NCBI GenBank assembly: GCA_044361745.1
Contig: JBIKIF010000008.1
Coordinates: forward strand, 133 to 64,132
Origin: Holosporales bacterium
GTDB lineage: Bacteria > Pseudomonadota > Alphaproteobacteria > Holosporales > CAZGKG01
DNA: 64,000 bases
Direction: 5' to 3'
Positions within the stretch are counted from its first letter, which is position 1. Every line of letters starts with the position of its first letter. The notes under the pieces are model-generated. The model was not told the origin of the DNA, ran no database searches, and saw only the letters and a list, made by a program, of their open reading frames with translations. The position numbers and the translations under genes were made by a program. Below, piece after piece: positions 19,172 through 29,296 of this stretch.

Positions 19172-20548
19172 ATGAAAATAACGGAACTGGCGAGCGAAGG
19201 CTTAAAGCGAAAAATTGAAGTTCAGATTGCAAGTGAAAAGGTTCAGACCCATCAGGATCAAAAAATCCTAGAAAGAGGAAAAACCTATAAAGTTCCTGGT
19301 TTTCGACCAGGAAAAGTTCCTCTTGAGACTCTGAGAGAGGTTTTCGCTGCCCAGGGTTTGCAGGATGCGATTTCTGAGGTTGTCCAAGAAACAGCAAGTG
19401 AAGTTTTAAAGGGTCTTGCTGAGAAGGGGCTGATTCCTGCACTCAAGCCAGAATATTCTGTTATCTCGTATGATGAGGACAAAGGGCTGGTGTACACTCT
19501 GTCTTTCGAAGCGACCCCAGACGTTCCGGAAGTTGTGGCTGAAGGTTTTTCTCTTAAGCGGGCTCTGATTTCCGTTTCCGATGAGGAGATTGAAGCTTTT
19601 ATCAAAGAATTGGCTGAAGGAACACAGGAAACACAAGACCCTGAAACTCCCCGTCCAGCAGCCCTTGGAGATCGGGTGAAGGTGACGCTGACATGTTCTT
19701 CTAAAGGCAAAGTTAAAGTGGACTTAAAGGAGGTATCCTTTGATCTGGATGCGGAGCGGACGGCCCCAGAATTTCTGGATTTGTGCGTCGGTATGAGTGT
19801 CGGGGAGACCAAAAAGAAAACAGTCTCATTCTCTAAAGACCTTAGGGACAAAAGGATTGCAGGCAAAAATTTTGACTGTGATTGCACGCTCCACCAGGTT
19901 CAGGAAAGCATTCCCGCTCAAGTCAACGACGCTCTGGCAACACAATTTGGCCATGAGAGTCTTGAGGCTTTTCGGGGAGACGTGAAGGCAATTCTCCAAA
20001 AAGAACGGGACGGCCTGTCCTTTCTATGGTTAAAACGGCAAATTCTGGATGCCTTATCTGCCAAATATCCTTTTGAGGTTCCAAGCCGAATGGTGGATGT
20101 GGAGTACAAAAACATTTGGGAGCAAACGTACCGTGAACTGGAGATAGACCAGGCTATTCCAGAGGATGAGGCCCTGAAGACCGTGCGCGCAGAAGCTTTC
20201 AAAAATGCTATGGGCAAAACGGAAGAAGAGCTCGTCGAGTTTTATAAAACTGTCGCAGAGCGTCGTGTCCGCCTTGGGTTTGCGGTATCTTCTTTTGCAA
20301 AAAAACATGAGATTTCTTTGACGGAAGAGGAGAGCAAAAACGCCCTATGGAGTGAGATGCGCAATTACCCTGGCCAGGAGAATGAATTCCTGAAGTTTGC
20401 CTTGGGCAATCAGGATGTTATGGCCCGCATTCAAGCGCCGGCATTTGAGAATAAGGTGCTCACGTTTATTGCAGAGAAGAATCCAAGCGATCCTGTTCCG
20501 ATGTCCATGGAAGCGGTGCAAGCCGAAGTGGAAAAGTTGGATTTTTGA
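19172..20548 (+). CDS. tig: Trigger factor
   Basis: Track ORF 19163..20548. 'MKITE..GLKRKIEV' and 'VPGFRPGKVP'. ATG at 19172. Confidence 0.92.
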   Translation: MKITELASEGLKRKIEVQIASEKVQTHQDQKILERGKTYKVPGFRPGKVPLETLREVFAAQGLQDAISEVVQETASEVLKGLAEKGLIPALKPEYSVISYDEDKGLVYTLSFEATPDVPEVVAEGFSLKRALISVSDEEIEAFIKELAEGTQETQDPETPRPAALGDRVKVTLTCSSKGKVKVDLKEVSFDLDAERTAPEFLDLCVGMSVGETKKKTVSFSKDLRDKRIAGKNFDCDCTLHQVQESIPAQVNDALATQFGHESLEAFRGDVKAILQKERDGLSFLWLKRQILDALSAKYPFEVPSRMVDVEYKNIWEQTYRELEIDQAIPEDEALKTVRAEAFKNAMGKTEEELVEFYKTVAERRVRLGFAVSSFAKKHEISLTEEESKNALWSEMRNYPGQENEFLKFALGNQDVMARIQAPAFENKVLTFIAEKNPSDPVPMSMEAVQAEVEKLDF

Positions 20549-20647
20549 AGAATCTTAACGTGACGTCAAAACGTCCCGTTGAAGACGGGTGACAATTCTA
20601 TTCGGCGGCTGATGTCGAATGGATTTCATCTCCTCAGTGTCCCCACC

Positions 20648-20677
20648 TTGACAGGATCTGGATGGGGCACGTATAGG
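20648..20677 (+). promoter_or_regulatory. Candidate sigma70-type promoter for the tRNA-Met/efp unit
   Basis: TTGACA at 20648-20653, an 18-nt spacer, and TATAGG at 20672-20677. The tRNA 5' end is 10 nt downstream. Confidence 0.4.
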
Positions 20678-20687
20678 AGAAAGAGAA

Positions 20688-20764
20688 GGCGGAGTAGCTC
20701 AGTTGGTTAGAGCAGCGGAATCATAATCCGCGTGTCGGGGGTTCGAGTCCCTCCTCCGCTACCA
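20688..20764 (+). tRNA. tRNA with CAT anticodon (elongator Met; tRNA-Ile2/lysidine cannot be excluded)
   Basis: Hand-folded. Acceptor stem is GGCGGAG/CTCCGCT, anticodon stem is GCGGA/TCCGC with loop ATCATAA, the T-arm is GGGGGTTCGAGTCCCTC, and CCA is encoded. It lacks the initiator features (no C1:A72 mismatch, no 3 G-C pairs in the anticodon stem). Confidence 0.88.
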
Positions 20765-20794
20765 AATTCATTGTTAAGGGAAAGGCCAACGCTC

Positions 20795-21358
20795 ATGAAA
20801 ATTGACGGGAATGCGGTACGTCAAGGGAACGTGATCGAATTGGAAGGGCGTTTGTGGTTGGTGGTTGAGGCGATTCACACCAAGCCTGGCAAAGGGGGCG
20901 CTTATATGCAGGTGGAGCTCAAGGGGCTGCAGGACAAGGTCAAACTCAACCGTCGGTTTCGCTCTGACGAAAAGGTTGAACAAGTCCGCCTTGAGGAACT
21001 GCCCTATCAATACCTCTTTTCAGAAGGGGATCAATTCACCCTGATGGATACCCAAACCTATGATCAGATCACCCTCTCGCTTGATATGTTGGGGCCGTCT
21101 GCGCCTTTTCTCCAAGAAGGCATGCAACTCATGGTTTGTCGCCATGAGCAAGATATTGTGAGCGCGAAGCTTCCGGATTCTGTGATTATGGAAGTGGTTG
21201 AGGCCGACCCTGTCGTGAAGGGGCAGACAGCCACCTCTTCATACAAGCCAGCCATGCTTGAAAATGGTGTGCGTATTCTGGTGCCTCCCTATATTACGTC
21301 TGGTACCAAAGTGGTTGTGAACACCCAAACACAAGAGTACGTTGAGCGGGCGAAATAA
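20795..21358 (+). CDS. efp: Elongation factor P
   Basis: Track ORF 20732..21358 overlaps the tRNA, so ATG 20795 gives 'MKIDGNAVRQGNVIELEGRLWLVVEAIHTKPGKGGAYMQVELK'. Confidence 0.93.
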   Translation: MKIDGNAVRQGNVIELEGRLWLVVEAIHTKPGKGGAYMQVELKGLQDKVKLNRRFRSDEKVEQVRLEELPYQYLFSEGDQFTLMDTQTYDQITLSLDMLGPSAPFLQEGMQLMVCRHEQDIVSAKLPDSVIMEVVEADPVVKGQTATSSYKPAMLENGVRILVPPYITSGTKVVVNTQTQEYVERAK

Positions 21359-21392
21359 CTCCCTTCAACCCTGTTTCCTGAAAGGACCCTCC

Positions 21393-22166
21393 ATGTCATC
21401 CCGTCTGATCCAGACCCCTTCTGCCCTTGTGAATGTGATGGGGAAAGCAGCGATCCGGGCAGCCCAAGGACTTGTGCGTGATTTTGGGGAGGTGGGACAT
21501 CTTCAGGTCTCTGTGAAAGGGCCTCGGGACTTTGTGTCAATTGCTGATAAAAAATCAGAAAAAGTGATCCATGGAGAGCTGGCGAAGGCAAGACCAACCT
21601 ATGGATTTATCTTGGAGGAAGGGGGCGCAATTCCAGGAAAAGAGGATATGACGTGGGTGGTGGATCCCCTCGACGGCACCAACAATTTTCTCCATGGAGC
21701 CCCCCATTTTTCTATTTCCATTGGTCTTTTGAAGGCTGGAGAGCCGATTGCGGGACTGATTTTTGATCCCATTAAAAACGATCTTTTTTGGGCGGAAAAA
21801 GATTTGGGCGCCCACTTAAATAACCGTCGGATTCGTGTCTCTCGCAGGAAAAACCTTGAGGAACTTCTGGTGGGCGCATCTCATTTCGATTTCAAATCCA
21901 CAGAAGGGACGCCTCTCTCAAACGCCACATCTGTAAGGGTTTTTGGTTCTGCCGCTTTGGATTTAGCCTACGTAGCGGCGGGTCGCTTTGATGCGTTCAT
22001 TGGGAAAAATCTCAAGCCTTGGGATCTCGTTGCGGGCATGGCAATTGTTCGGGAAGCGGGGGGAACGGTGGGGGATTGGGTGCGTGGCCAAAACCCTTTA
22101 GAGACAGGCCAAATCTTTGCAACCAACGGTCAACTGGGAAGCAAGCTTCAGACATTTCTGACGTGA
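21393..22166 (+). CDS. suhB: Inositol monophosphatase family protein (SuhB-like)
   Basis: 'FILEEGG' and 'WVVDPLDGTNNFLHG', with a C-terminal 'WDLVAGMAIVREAGG'. ATG at 21393. Confidence 0.88.
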   Translation: MSSRLIQTPSALVNVMGKAAIRAAQGLVRDFGEVGHLQVSVKGPRDFVSIADKKSEKVIHGELAKARPTYGFILEEGGAIPGKEDMTWVVDPLDGTNNFLHGAPHFSISIGLLKAGEPIAGLIFDPIKNDLFWAEKDLGAHLNNRRIRVSRRKNLEELLVGASHFDFKSTEGTPLSNATSVRVFGSAALDLAYVAAGRFDAFIGKNLKPWDLVAGMAIVREAGGTVGDWVRGQNPLETGQIFATNGQLGSKLQTFLT

Positions 22167-22173
22167 GACTGAG

Positions 22174-23544
22174 ATGAATTTTTTTGGTACGGACGGCATA
22201 CGTGGGCGTTTCGGGACTCATCCTCTGACGCCTTGTGTGCTTAAAGCCTTTGCCCACGCCCTGGCAGACCTGGCGAAAACCCAGGGGATTCAAACTCTTC
22301 TCATGGGGAGGGACACCCGGGCATCCGGGCTCGTCATAGAGCGCTTTCTGGCAGACATCTGGAGGCATCTGGGTCTCACAGTTCACTGTTTGGGGATCCT
22401 GCCCACACCTGCGCTCGCCTTTTTAACCAAAGACCGCCCTCTGTCTTTGGGGGTGATGATCTCTGCATCCCATAATCCGGCCCATGACAACGGGATCAAG
22501 GTTTTCGGTCCCAGAGGCGAAAAATTAAATAACGAATCCATTCGGGCGCTTGAACAAATGATGGTGTTCTTGATGGCAGAATCATCATCGCCAGCCCCCT
22601 TTTTTCCAGAGGTTGGGAGCGATCATTTACTCTGGACAGACCCAGAGGCCCGCCAGGATTATGAAAGATTCCTGTTTCAGGGTCTGTCTCAGAAGCGCCC
22701 CTTTGCACACTTGAAAGTGGTGATTGATGGCGCCCATGGAGCTTGCTTCCGTATCGCCCCAGCGGTGTTCCAAGCGCTCGGTGCGGAGGTTTTCACCCTG
22801 GGGTGCGATCCCAACGGTACCAACATCAATGATCAGTGTGGGGCTCTTTTCACAAGTCCCCTTCAGGAGGCGGTCCTGGCCCACGGGGCGGATTACGGCA
22901 TGGCCTTTGATGGGGACGGTGACCGCATTCTTCTCGTCGATTCATCCGGTCAAGTTGTGGATGGGGATCAGATTTTGGGACTCCTTGCCGTGGACGCCCA
23001 CCAAAAAGAGGCCCTTCCCCATCAGACGGTGGTTTCCACCCTCATGGCCAACGGGGCTCTGGAGGTTTTCCTCTCCCAGCGGGGGATTCGCCTGCTGCGC
23101 ACACCGGTTGGAGACCGTTTTGTTTGTGAGGGCATGGAAAAATCAGGGGCTATCCTTGGGGGAGAACCCTCCGGTCATTTAATCCTCAAGACCTTTCAAA
23201 CATCAGGAGACGGTCTTTTAGTAGCTCTTCAGGCCCTGACCATTTGCCAAAATCGTGAACACACCCATCCGATTTTTCCTTTGTTTACGCCCTATCCGAC
23301 CCAATTGAAAAACTTGTCTCTGACGCCTGATTTCAACCTAGACGCGTCCGAGATTCAAACTTTCCTCCACGACAGGCGCACATCGATTGAAACAGAAGGA
23401 GGCCGCTTGTTGGTGCGCCTCTCTGGAACCGAACCTCTGCTGCGGATTTTCATTGAAAGCCGTGATCTGAGCCAAGTGGATCATCACATGGCTGAGCTCA
23501 TCCATTTTTTTGCCCTATGGACGGTCCCCACCCTGTACACGTGA
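22174..23544 (+). CDS. glmM: Phosphoglucosamine mutase
   Basis: 'FGTDGIRG', active-site loop 'SASHNPAHDNGIK', 'FDGDGDR' and 'GEPSGH'. Confidence 0.92.
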   Translation: MNFFGTDGIRGRFGTHPLTPCVLKAFAHALADLAKTQGIQTLLMGRDTRASGLVIERFLADIWRHLGLTVHCLGILPTPALAFLTKDRPLSLGVMISASHNPAHDNGIKVFGPRGEKLNNESIRALEQMMVFLMAESSSPAPFFPEVGSDHLLWTDPEARQDYERFLFQGLSQKRPFAHLKVVIDGAHGACFRIAPAVFQALGAEVFTLGCDPNGTNINDQCGALFTSPLQEAVLAHGADYGMAFDGDGDRILLVDSSGQVVDGDQILGLLAVDAHQKEALPHQTVVSTLMANGALEVFLSQRGIRLLRTPVGDRFVCEGMEKSGAILGGEPSGHLILKTFQTSGDGLLVALQALTICQNREHTHPIFPLFTPYPTQLKNLSLTPDFNLDASEIQTFLHDRRTSIETEGGRLLVRLSGTEPLLRIFIESRDLSQVDHHMAELIHFFALWTVPTLYT

Positions 23545-24283
23545 TCAGCTCAAACGTGGCTGACACGCCCCCTTCGGGCCCTGGATACAGAGTCCTATAG
23601 ACGGTCTCCGCTTCTCTGAAAAGCCTTGGGGTTCCAGGGGCGACCTGTGATAGAGCGCTTGTTTCCCCCATACTGCGCAAATGATGGACAAGCCCTTGAA
23701 GGGTCGGATAGGTCAAGGGCAACGTGTCCTGATCCACCATGGGTAGGACAAACCCTGCTTCAAACAAAAGACGGGCCGCCACCGCCATCGGAATCATCGG
23801 ACTCACCCGTGCATAGACTATTGTCCCTAAGGCTCCTTCCGCGGTGATCAATGCGTGTCGCAACTCATGCAACGTTTGCCCTCCCCAAAAGGCGCAGAGA
23901 AACAAACCATCGGGAGAGAGTAGATCCCTCACATTGCGCAAAAATCCCGGGAAATCATCGATCCAATGGGCGTCCAGGGCACTGAGAATCAGATCATATC
24001 CTTTGAGGCTCTCCTTTTGCACCAAAGACCCATCGTGGACAGAGGCCTGTGTCCACTGGGCGTCTGCCAGCCTTCCTTCCTTCAAGACAGGAGAGAGGCC
24101 TCCAAAATGCTGAGGACTGAGATCGAGAACAGAGGAAAAAGAGCGGTTCACTGGCAGAAGGCGTTCTCGGAATTCCTCACCCACAAATGTCCAAAGTCTC
24201 TGGTCTGGCCGGCGCGCAGCGCGCTCCCTGTGGCGCTCAAGAGTTTGAAGATTGAAAAACGCTGTGTGCATATTTTTTTCCAA
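23498..24283 (-). CDS. Class I SAM-dependent methyltransferase, NDUFAF5/BioC-like
   Basis: The 261-aa ORF resembles the NDUFAF5 family ('FWGGQTLHELRHALITAEG', 'VSPMIPMAVAARLLFEAGF', 'LRSMGETSAL'). Its 3' end overlaps the glmM 3' end (convergent genes). Confidence 0.7.
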   Translation of the reverse strand: MEKNMHTAFFNLQTLERHRERAARRPDQRLWTFVGEEFRERLLPVNRSFSSVLDLSPQHFGGLSPVLKEGRLADAQWTQASVHDGSLVQKESLKGYDLILSALDAHWIDDFPGFLRNVRDLLSPDGLFLCAFWGGQTLHELRHALITAEGALGTIVYARVSPMIPMAVAARLLFEAGFVLPMVDQDTLPLTYPTLQGLVHHLRSMGETSALSQVAPGTPRLFREAETVYRTLYPGPEGGVSATFELITCTGWGPSIGQKNG

Positions 24284-24541
24284 AAGCCTTCCCTATGGTA
24301 TCAAATTTTCATGCCACCGGTTACTTTTTATAGCGGATCAAATGACAGACCTAGCTCATAGGGCGTTCGCTCCGGAGATTGTGTCTCAATCTCAAGAGTT
24401 TCGGCTGTAGACTTCGTCTCAGATAGAGCCACTCTTTCTGGGTCCCGTGTGTTGGCTCATCAGAGCTTCTCAGCTTTTCCGTTGTTTTGTAACACACCGT
24501 TATAAAAATTGATTCGCGTTTCCTGAGGGACATGGTTTAAA

Positions 24542-25492
24542 ATGAAAGCCATGGTATATCATGAATGCGGTTTCTCAATGTCTTCATCCGATCTATTAGC
24601 CCAAGGGACAGTTCGTCAGCCATTTTCTTGTGGAGGAATTGGGGTTCATGGAGGACTTCCTGTTCGTGTCACCGTATCTCCTTGCCCTCCAGGGACGGGG
24701 ATTCTTTTCGTGCGTACGGATAGGAATGAGGTGGAAATTCCGGGGGATGTCTCTCATGTCGTGGATACCCGCTTTTGTACGACTCTTGGAAATAGTTTCG
24801 GTGAGACTATTGCGACAGTCGAACATTTATTGTCGGCTCTTTGGGCGTTTGGGATTGATAATGCGCGCATTGAGGTTTCAGGGCCTGAGCTCCCAATTCT
24901 CGATGGCAGTGCGGCCCCTTGGGTGGCTCTGATTCAAGAGGCGGGGATTGTGCGTTATCGCACCCCTCGAAAAATCCTTCGGATCTCTGAGCCCCTTTAT
25001 TTGGAAGAAGGGCAGGGTTGGATTCGTCTGGAGCCTTCGGAGACTTTTTCTCTCTCCGTGACAGCCCCTTTGGGGGATGGAGCGCAAGTCCATCGGTTTA
25101 GTTACCGTTTGGGCGATTCCTTTGAGCATGAAGTGGCAGCTGCCCGAACTTTTTCTCAGCTTGAGCACGTGGAAAAAATGCAAGCAATGGGCCTCATTCG
25201 TGGAGGAAGTCTTGCGAACGCCCTTGTGTTTGACGGAGAAGGACGTGTGCTGAACCCTGAGGGGTTGCGTTTCAATAATGAGTGCGCCCGTCATAAAGCA
25301 CTGGATCTTCTTGGGGATTGGTCCTTGGGCCTTGGTCTTCTCAAGGCGCGGGTCACGGCCCATGCAACGGGCCATGGGTTGAATCACCGCATGCTTCGTA
25401 AAATTTTAGAGGTGGAATCTCAGAGAGAGCGTTGTCTTCGGTCTTCTGAACGCCCCCAGGGCGCTCCCCTTGCGGAGAGATATTTTTGCTAA
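24542..25492 (+). CDS. lpxC: UDP-3-O-acyl-N-acetylglucosamine deacetylase
   Basis: 'GGIGVHGG', 'TVEHLLSALWAFGIDN', 'GPELPILDGSAAPW' and 'HKALDLLGD'. ATG 24578 is an alternative start. Confidence 0.92.
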   Translation: MKAMVYHECGFSMSSSDLLAQGTVRQPFSCGGIGVHGGLPVRVTVSPCPPGTGILFVRTDRNEVEIPGDVSHVVDTRFCTTLGNSFGETIATVEHLLSALWAFGIDNARIEVSGPELPILDGSAAPWVALIQEAGIVRYRTPRKILRISEPLYLEEGQGWIRLEPSETFSLSVTAPLGDGAQVHRFSYRLGDSFEHEVAAARTFSQLEHVEKMQAMGLIRGGSLANALVFDGEGRVLNPEGLRFNNECARHKALDLLGDWSLGLGLLKARVTAHATGHGLNHRMLRKILEVESQRERCLRSSERPQGAPLAERYFC

Positions 25493-25575
25493 GGGTCTGA
25501 AAGATCAGACCCTTGAGTCTGATCTTTAAATCTCTTAGAATTGTATTCTTAAATCTGTTGGGTGAGTCTTTGTCT

Positions 25576-26478
25576 GTGTCCTATTCTCCGGTCAAAAAAG
25601 CAATTTTCCCGGTTGGGGGTTTGGGGACTCGGTTTTTGCCTGCGACAAAGGCGATTCCAAAAGAAATGCTCCCCGTTCTTGACAAACCGCTCATTCAATA
25701 TGCCGTTGAAGAAGCACTGGCTTCGGGGATTGAGGAACTAATTTTTGTGACGGGGAAAGGGAAGACTGCGATCGAGGATCACTTTGATCGCGCGTTTGAA
25801 CTGGAGACTCTTTTGGGGGAGAGACACCCCAAGGCTTTGGAGTCTATTCGCACATTGCAGCTCTCTCCGGGGCGTGTGGTCTATGTCCGCCAGCAAGAAC
25901 CTTTAGGGCTGGGCCATGCCATTTGGTGTGCGCGGCATTTGGTGCAAGGAGATCCCTTTGCGGTTCTTTTAGCGGACGATTTTATTTTAAGTGACCGTCC
26001 AAGTTTAGCCCAATTGATGGAGCAACACGCAGTTTGGGGCGGAAACTGGGTGACTGTTATGCCGGTGGATCGTGCGGAGACCGCACGCTATGGGATTTTA
26101 GATATTGCTTCTCAAGAAGGGCCTGTAGTACGGGTGAAGGGGTTGGTGGAGAAGCCCCGTCCGGAGAATGCGCCTTCGACCACTGCGATCGTGGGACGGT
26201 ATGTTCTTTCAGGGAAAATTTTTGAGCATCTTGAGCGACAGATCGCCCTCAGATCCTTGGGAAGTACGAACGAGATTCAGATCACGGACGCCATTGCTGC
26301 TTCCCTTGAGACAGAATCCTTATGTGGCTTGATGTTTGAGGGCAGTCGGTTTGATTGTGGGACGCTTCCCGGGATGCTTCAAGCAACAATGGCAGCAGCG
26401 CTTCTCAGGCCAGATTTAGCGCCTTTAGTTGAAAATTTTTTTCATTCGGACCTGGGAGAATGCCATGACGTCCCTTAA
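25576..26478 (+). CDS. galU: UTP--glucose-1-phosphate uridylyltransferase
   Basis: Track ORF 25513..26478. 'KKAIFPVGGLGTRFLPATKAIPKEMLPVLDKPLIQY' and 'VRQQEPLGLGHA'. GTG 25576 gives a typical N-terminus, but the start is uncertain. Confidence 0.9.
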   Translation: MSYSPVKKAIFPVGGLGTRFLPATKAIPKEMLPVLDKPLIQYAVEEALASGIEELIFVTGKGKTAIEDHFDRAFELETLLGERHPKALESIRTLQLSPGRVVYVRQQEPLGLGHAIWCARHLVQGDPFAVLLADDFILSDRPSLAQLMEQHAVWGGNWVTVMPVDRAETARYGILDIASQEGPVVRVKGLVEKPRPENAPSTTAIVGRYVLSGKIFEHLERQIALRSLGSTNEIQITDAIAASLETESLCGLMFEGSRFDCGTLPGMLQATMAAALLRPDLAPLVENFFHSDLGECHDVP

Positions 26479-27769
26479 AATCACCGTTATTGGAACAGGA
26501 TATGTGGGGCTTGTGACAGGGGTGTGTCTCTCGAGCCTTGGATTTCAAGTTCACTGTGTAGACGTGAATCCTGACATTATTGCCACACTTCAAAGCCGGC
26601 GGATTCCTTTTTTTGAGCCGGGTCTCCAGGATCTTTTGATTCAAGGCGTTGACCAGGGTCGCCTCCATTTTAGCACAGAGATGGCGTGTGTCGAAGACGC
26701 AGACCTGATTTTCATCGCCGTGGGGACACCGTCTTCGGAGACGGGGGAAGCCAACCTTTCCTATGTGCGGAACTCTGTGACCGATCTGGCCTCTCGAGTC
26801 AAAGAGGGCGCCATCGTTGTCATCAAATCAACAGTTCCCATAGGGACCAATCGGGACCTTCAAGACACGCTTCAACGGCTCTCTGGAAAGAAGATCCATG
26901 TGGTCTCAAATCCTGAATTTCTGAGAGAAGGGGCGGCGCTTCAAGACTTTATGTCTCCAGACCGCATTGTCATTGGCTCCATGGATCCAGGCGCGGAAGG
27001 GACCATGCATCGCCTTTACCGGTTTTTTAGTGAGAGGGGGGTTCCCTTTCTCTTTGCCTCTCCGGAGACGGCTGAGCTGATTAAGTACGCTTCCAACAGT
27101 TTTCTGGCCCTTAAAATTGGCTTTATCAATGAGTTATCGGATCTGTGTGAACGGCTCAATGCAGATGTGATGGATGTCGCCCAAGGAATGGGGCTTGATC
27201 AGCGGATTGGGAAAGATTTTCTGAATCCCGGGCCTGGATATGGTGGGTCGTGCTTTCCCAAAGACACGTTAGCACTGGCCCATATGGCAGATGCTCATCA
27301 GGTTCCGTTGACCCTTCTTAAAACTTTGATTCAAAGCAATGAGACTCGAAAACAAAACATTGCACAGAAAATCATAGAGGCTTGTGGGGGGTCTGTTCGT
27401 GGAAAGACTCTCGGTATTTTAGGGATTACTTTTAAGGCAGAGACCGATGATATGCGGGACAGCCCCAGCCTGGTCATTCTCCCCCTTTTAGAGGCTGCTG
27501 GCGCTAAGCTGACTATTTATGATCCCCAGGGGATGGAAGCGGGAAAACGGTATTTTGAGGAGGCTTCTTGGGGCACCTCCCCCCTGCAGGTTGCCCATGT
27601 GGCGGACGCCCTTATAATTTTGACAGAATGGAAAGAATTTGGGAGCCTTGATCTGGAAACAATCGCCCGTGAGATGAAGACACCGCTTTTGATTGATATG
27701 CGCAATCTTTATAAACCTCGGATGATTCCTTCTGCGCTGACTTACGTGAGTTTGGGTCGGGGAGCTTAA
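26465..27769 (+). CDS. ugd: UDP-glucose 6-dehydrogenase
   Basis: Rossmann N-terminus 'ITVIGTGYVGLVTGVCL' and catalytic 'GGSCFPKD'. ATG 26465 is preceded by GGGAGA. Confidence 0.92.
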   Translation: MTSLKITVIGTGYVGLVTGVCLSSLGFQVHCVDVNPDIIATLQSRRIPFFEPGLQDLLIQGVDQGRLHFSTEMACVEDADLIFIAVGTPSSETGEANLSYVRNSVTDLASRVKEGAIVVIKSTVPIGTNRDLQDTLQRLSGKKIHVVSNPEFLREGAALQDFMSPDRIVIGSMDPGAEGTMHRLYRFFSERGVPFLFASPETAELIKYASNSFLALKIGFINELSDLCERLNADVMDVAQGMGLDQRIGKDFLNPGPGYGGSCFPKDTLALAHMADAHQVPLTLLKTLIQSNETRKQNIAQKIIEACGGSVRGKTLGILGITFKAETDDMRDSPSLVILPLLEAAGAKLTIYDPQGMEAGKRYFEEASWGTSPLQVAHVADALIILTEWKEFGSLDLETIAREMKTPLLIDMRNLYKPRMIPSALTYVSLGRGA

Positions 27770-29143
27770 ATGCGGCCAGATTCAGGCATTTTTCGAGCTT
27801 ACGATATTCGGGGGGATGCATCGACCCAGCTCACTGAAGACGTCATGGCTCAAATTGGCAGAGCCTTTGCGGGCATTCTGTGGGAGAAGACATCTCATCC
27901 TCAAGTCTGTGTGGCCCATGATGGTCGGGAAAGTTCTCCACGGCTTGCAGGCGCTCTTGTGGAGTCTTTGCGCTGTGCGGGTGTGGACGTCATTTTTCTG
28001 GGTCTTGGGTCCACACCTTTTCTTTATTGGTCTGAGTACCAGTTGGAGGTGTCTGGTGCATTGATGGTGACGGGGTCCCATAATCCGCCGAAAGACAATG
28101 GGTTGAAAATGACCTTAGGGAGGAAGCCTTTTTTCGGTGAGGCTATTCAAGATCTCTTGCGGCGCATTCACAGGCCCCCTCCGTCTCAAGACATGGGACG
28201 CTTGGAGACCCGCTCCCTTCTCTCCGCCTACGGTCAATCTTTTTTTTCTTCCCCAATATCCTGGGGAAGCCGTCCCTTGAAAGTGGTCTGGGATCCCGGA
28301 CACGGGGCTGTAGGGGCCGTTTTACGGCAGGTGACGGAGGCGCTTCCCATAGACTCTGTCATTCTTCATGAAGACGTAAACGGCACATTCCCTGCCCGCT
28401 CTCCTGATCCGACAAAAACGGGTGCGTTATCTGTTCTGAAACAAACAGTTTTGGAGACGGGAGCCGATCTAGGGATTGCCTTTGACGGGGATGGGGATCG
28501 TTTGGTGTGTATGGATGATCAGGGATCTGTCTGGTCCGGGGATGAACTTTTGGTCTTCTTTGCAGAAAAACTCCATCAAACTTTTCCGGATTTGCTGGTG
28601 TGCGCAGACATTAAAATCAGTCCCTTTCTGTGTTCTCGTCTTGAGTCTCAGGGAATCCAGGTGTCGGTTGGCCGTACGGGGCACGTCTATCTTAAAGACT
28701 CCATGAAGGCACTGTCTTCTTTGCTGGGGGGGGAAGTGAGTGGTCATTTCTTCTTCAGGGACGCCCATGCGGGATTTGATGATGGTCTTTATGCTTCCCT
28801 CCGCTTGATCCAGTTTCTGAGTCATCAGAACGCGCCTCTAAGTTCTTGGTATCAAACGCTTCCCAAGCGGTACACATCGGGGGAGCAGCGTGTGCCCTGC
28901 TCGAATCAGCAGAAACCCTTTGTGATGGAGGCCCTCTATCAGGCATTTTCCCAGAGAGGGGAAAAAATTTGCACGCTGGATGGAATGAAAGTGATTTGTG
29001 ACGATGCTTGGTGGCTCATTCGGCCCTCCCATACAGAGCAGATGTTGGTCATTCGGTGGGAATCAGAAACTATCGAACGTTTTTTGGATTTAAAGAAAAT
29101 TATTTTTGACGAATTAAGAGAACTTAATACTGTTATTGAGTAG
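27770..29143 (+). CDS. Phosphomannomutase/phosphoglucomutase (alpha-D-phosphohexomutase)
   Basis: 'FRAYDIRG', active-site 'TGSHNPPKDNGLK', 'FDGDGDR' and 'GEVSGH'. It starts immediately after the ugd stop. Confidence 0.9.
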   Translation: MRPDSGIFRAYDIRGDASTQLTEDVMAQIGRAFAGILWEKTSHPQVCVAHDGRESSPRLAGALVESLRCAGVDVIFLGLGSTPFLYWSEYQLEVSGALMVTGSHNPPKDNGLKMTLGRKPFFGEAIQDLLRRIHRPPPSQDMGRLETRSLLSAYGQSFFSSPISWGSRPLKVVWDPGHGAVGAVLRQVTEALPIDSVILHEDVNGTFPARSPDPTKTGALSVLKQTVLETGADLGIAFDGDGDRLVCMDDQGSVWSGDELLVFFAEKLHQTFPDLLVCADIKISPFLCSRLESQGIQVSVGRTGHVYLKDSMKALSSLLGGEVSGHFFFRDAHAGFDDGLYASLRLIQFLSHQNAPLSSWYQTLPKRYTSGEQRVPCSNQQKPFVMEALYQAFSQRGEKICTLDGMKVICDDAWWLIRPSHTEQMLVIRWESETIERFLDLKKIIFDELRELNTVIE

Positions 29144-29296
29144 ATAAATAATTTAAGTTAATCCTTAAATCACTGGTTGTCTTTTATTAATTAAAATTTT
29201 AGGCACATGGAAAATATTCCTTGCCAATTTTTTTATAAGACGTTTAGATAGACGTGTATTTTGGGAGTCAAAGATGTTTTTTAAAGGAGAATTTAA

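Noticed and set aside
24098..24130. Apparently degenerate SAM-binding motif I (VLDLSPQHFGG instead of the xLDxGxGxG pattern) in the NDUFAF5-like methyltransferase.
   Set aside because: I cannot align it to family members here. Bacterial members of this family may naturally deviate from the textbook glycine motif, and the rest of the protein looks intact.
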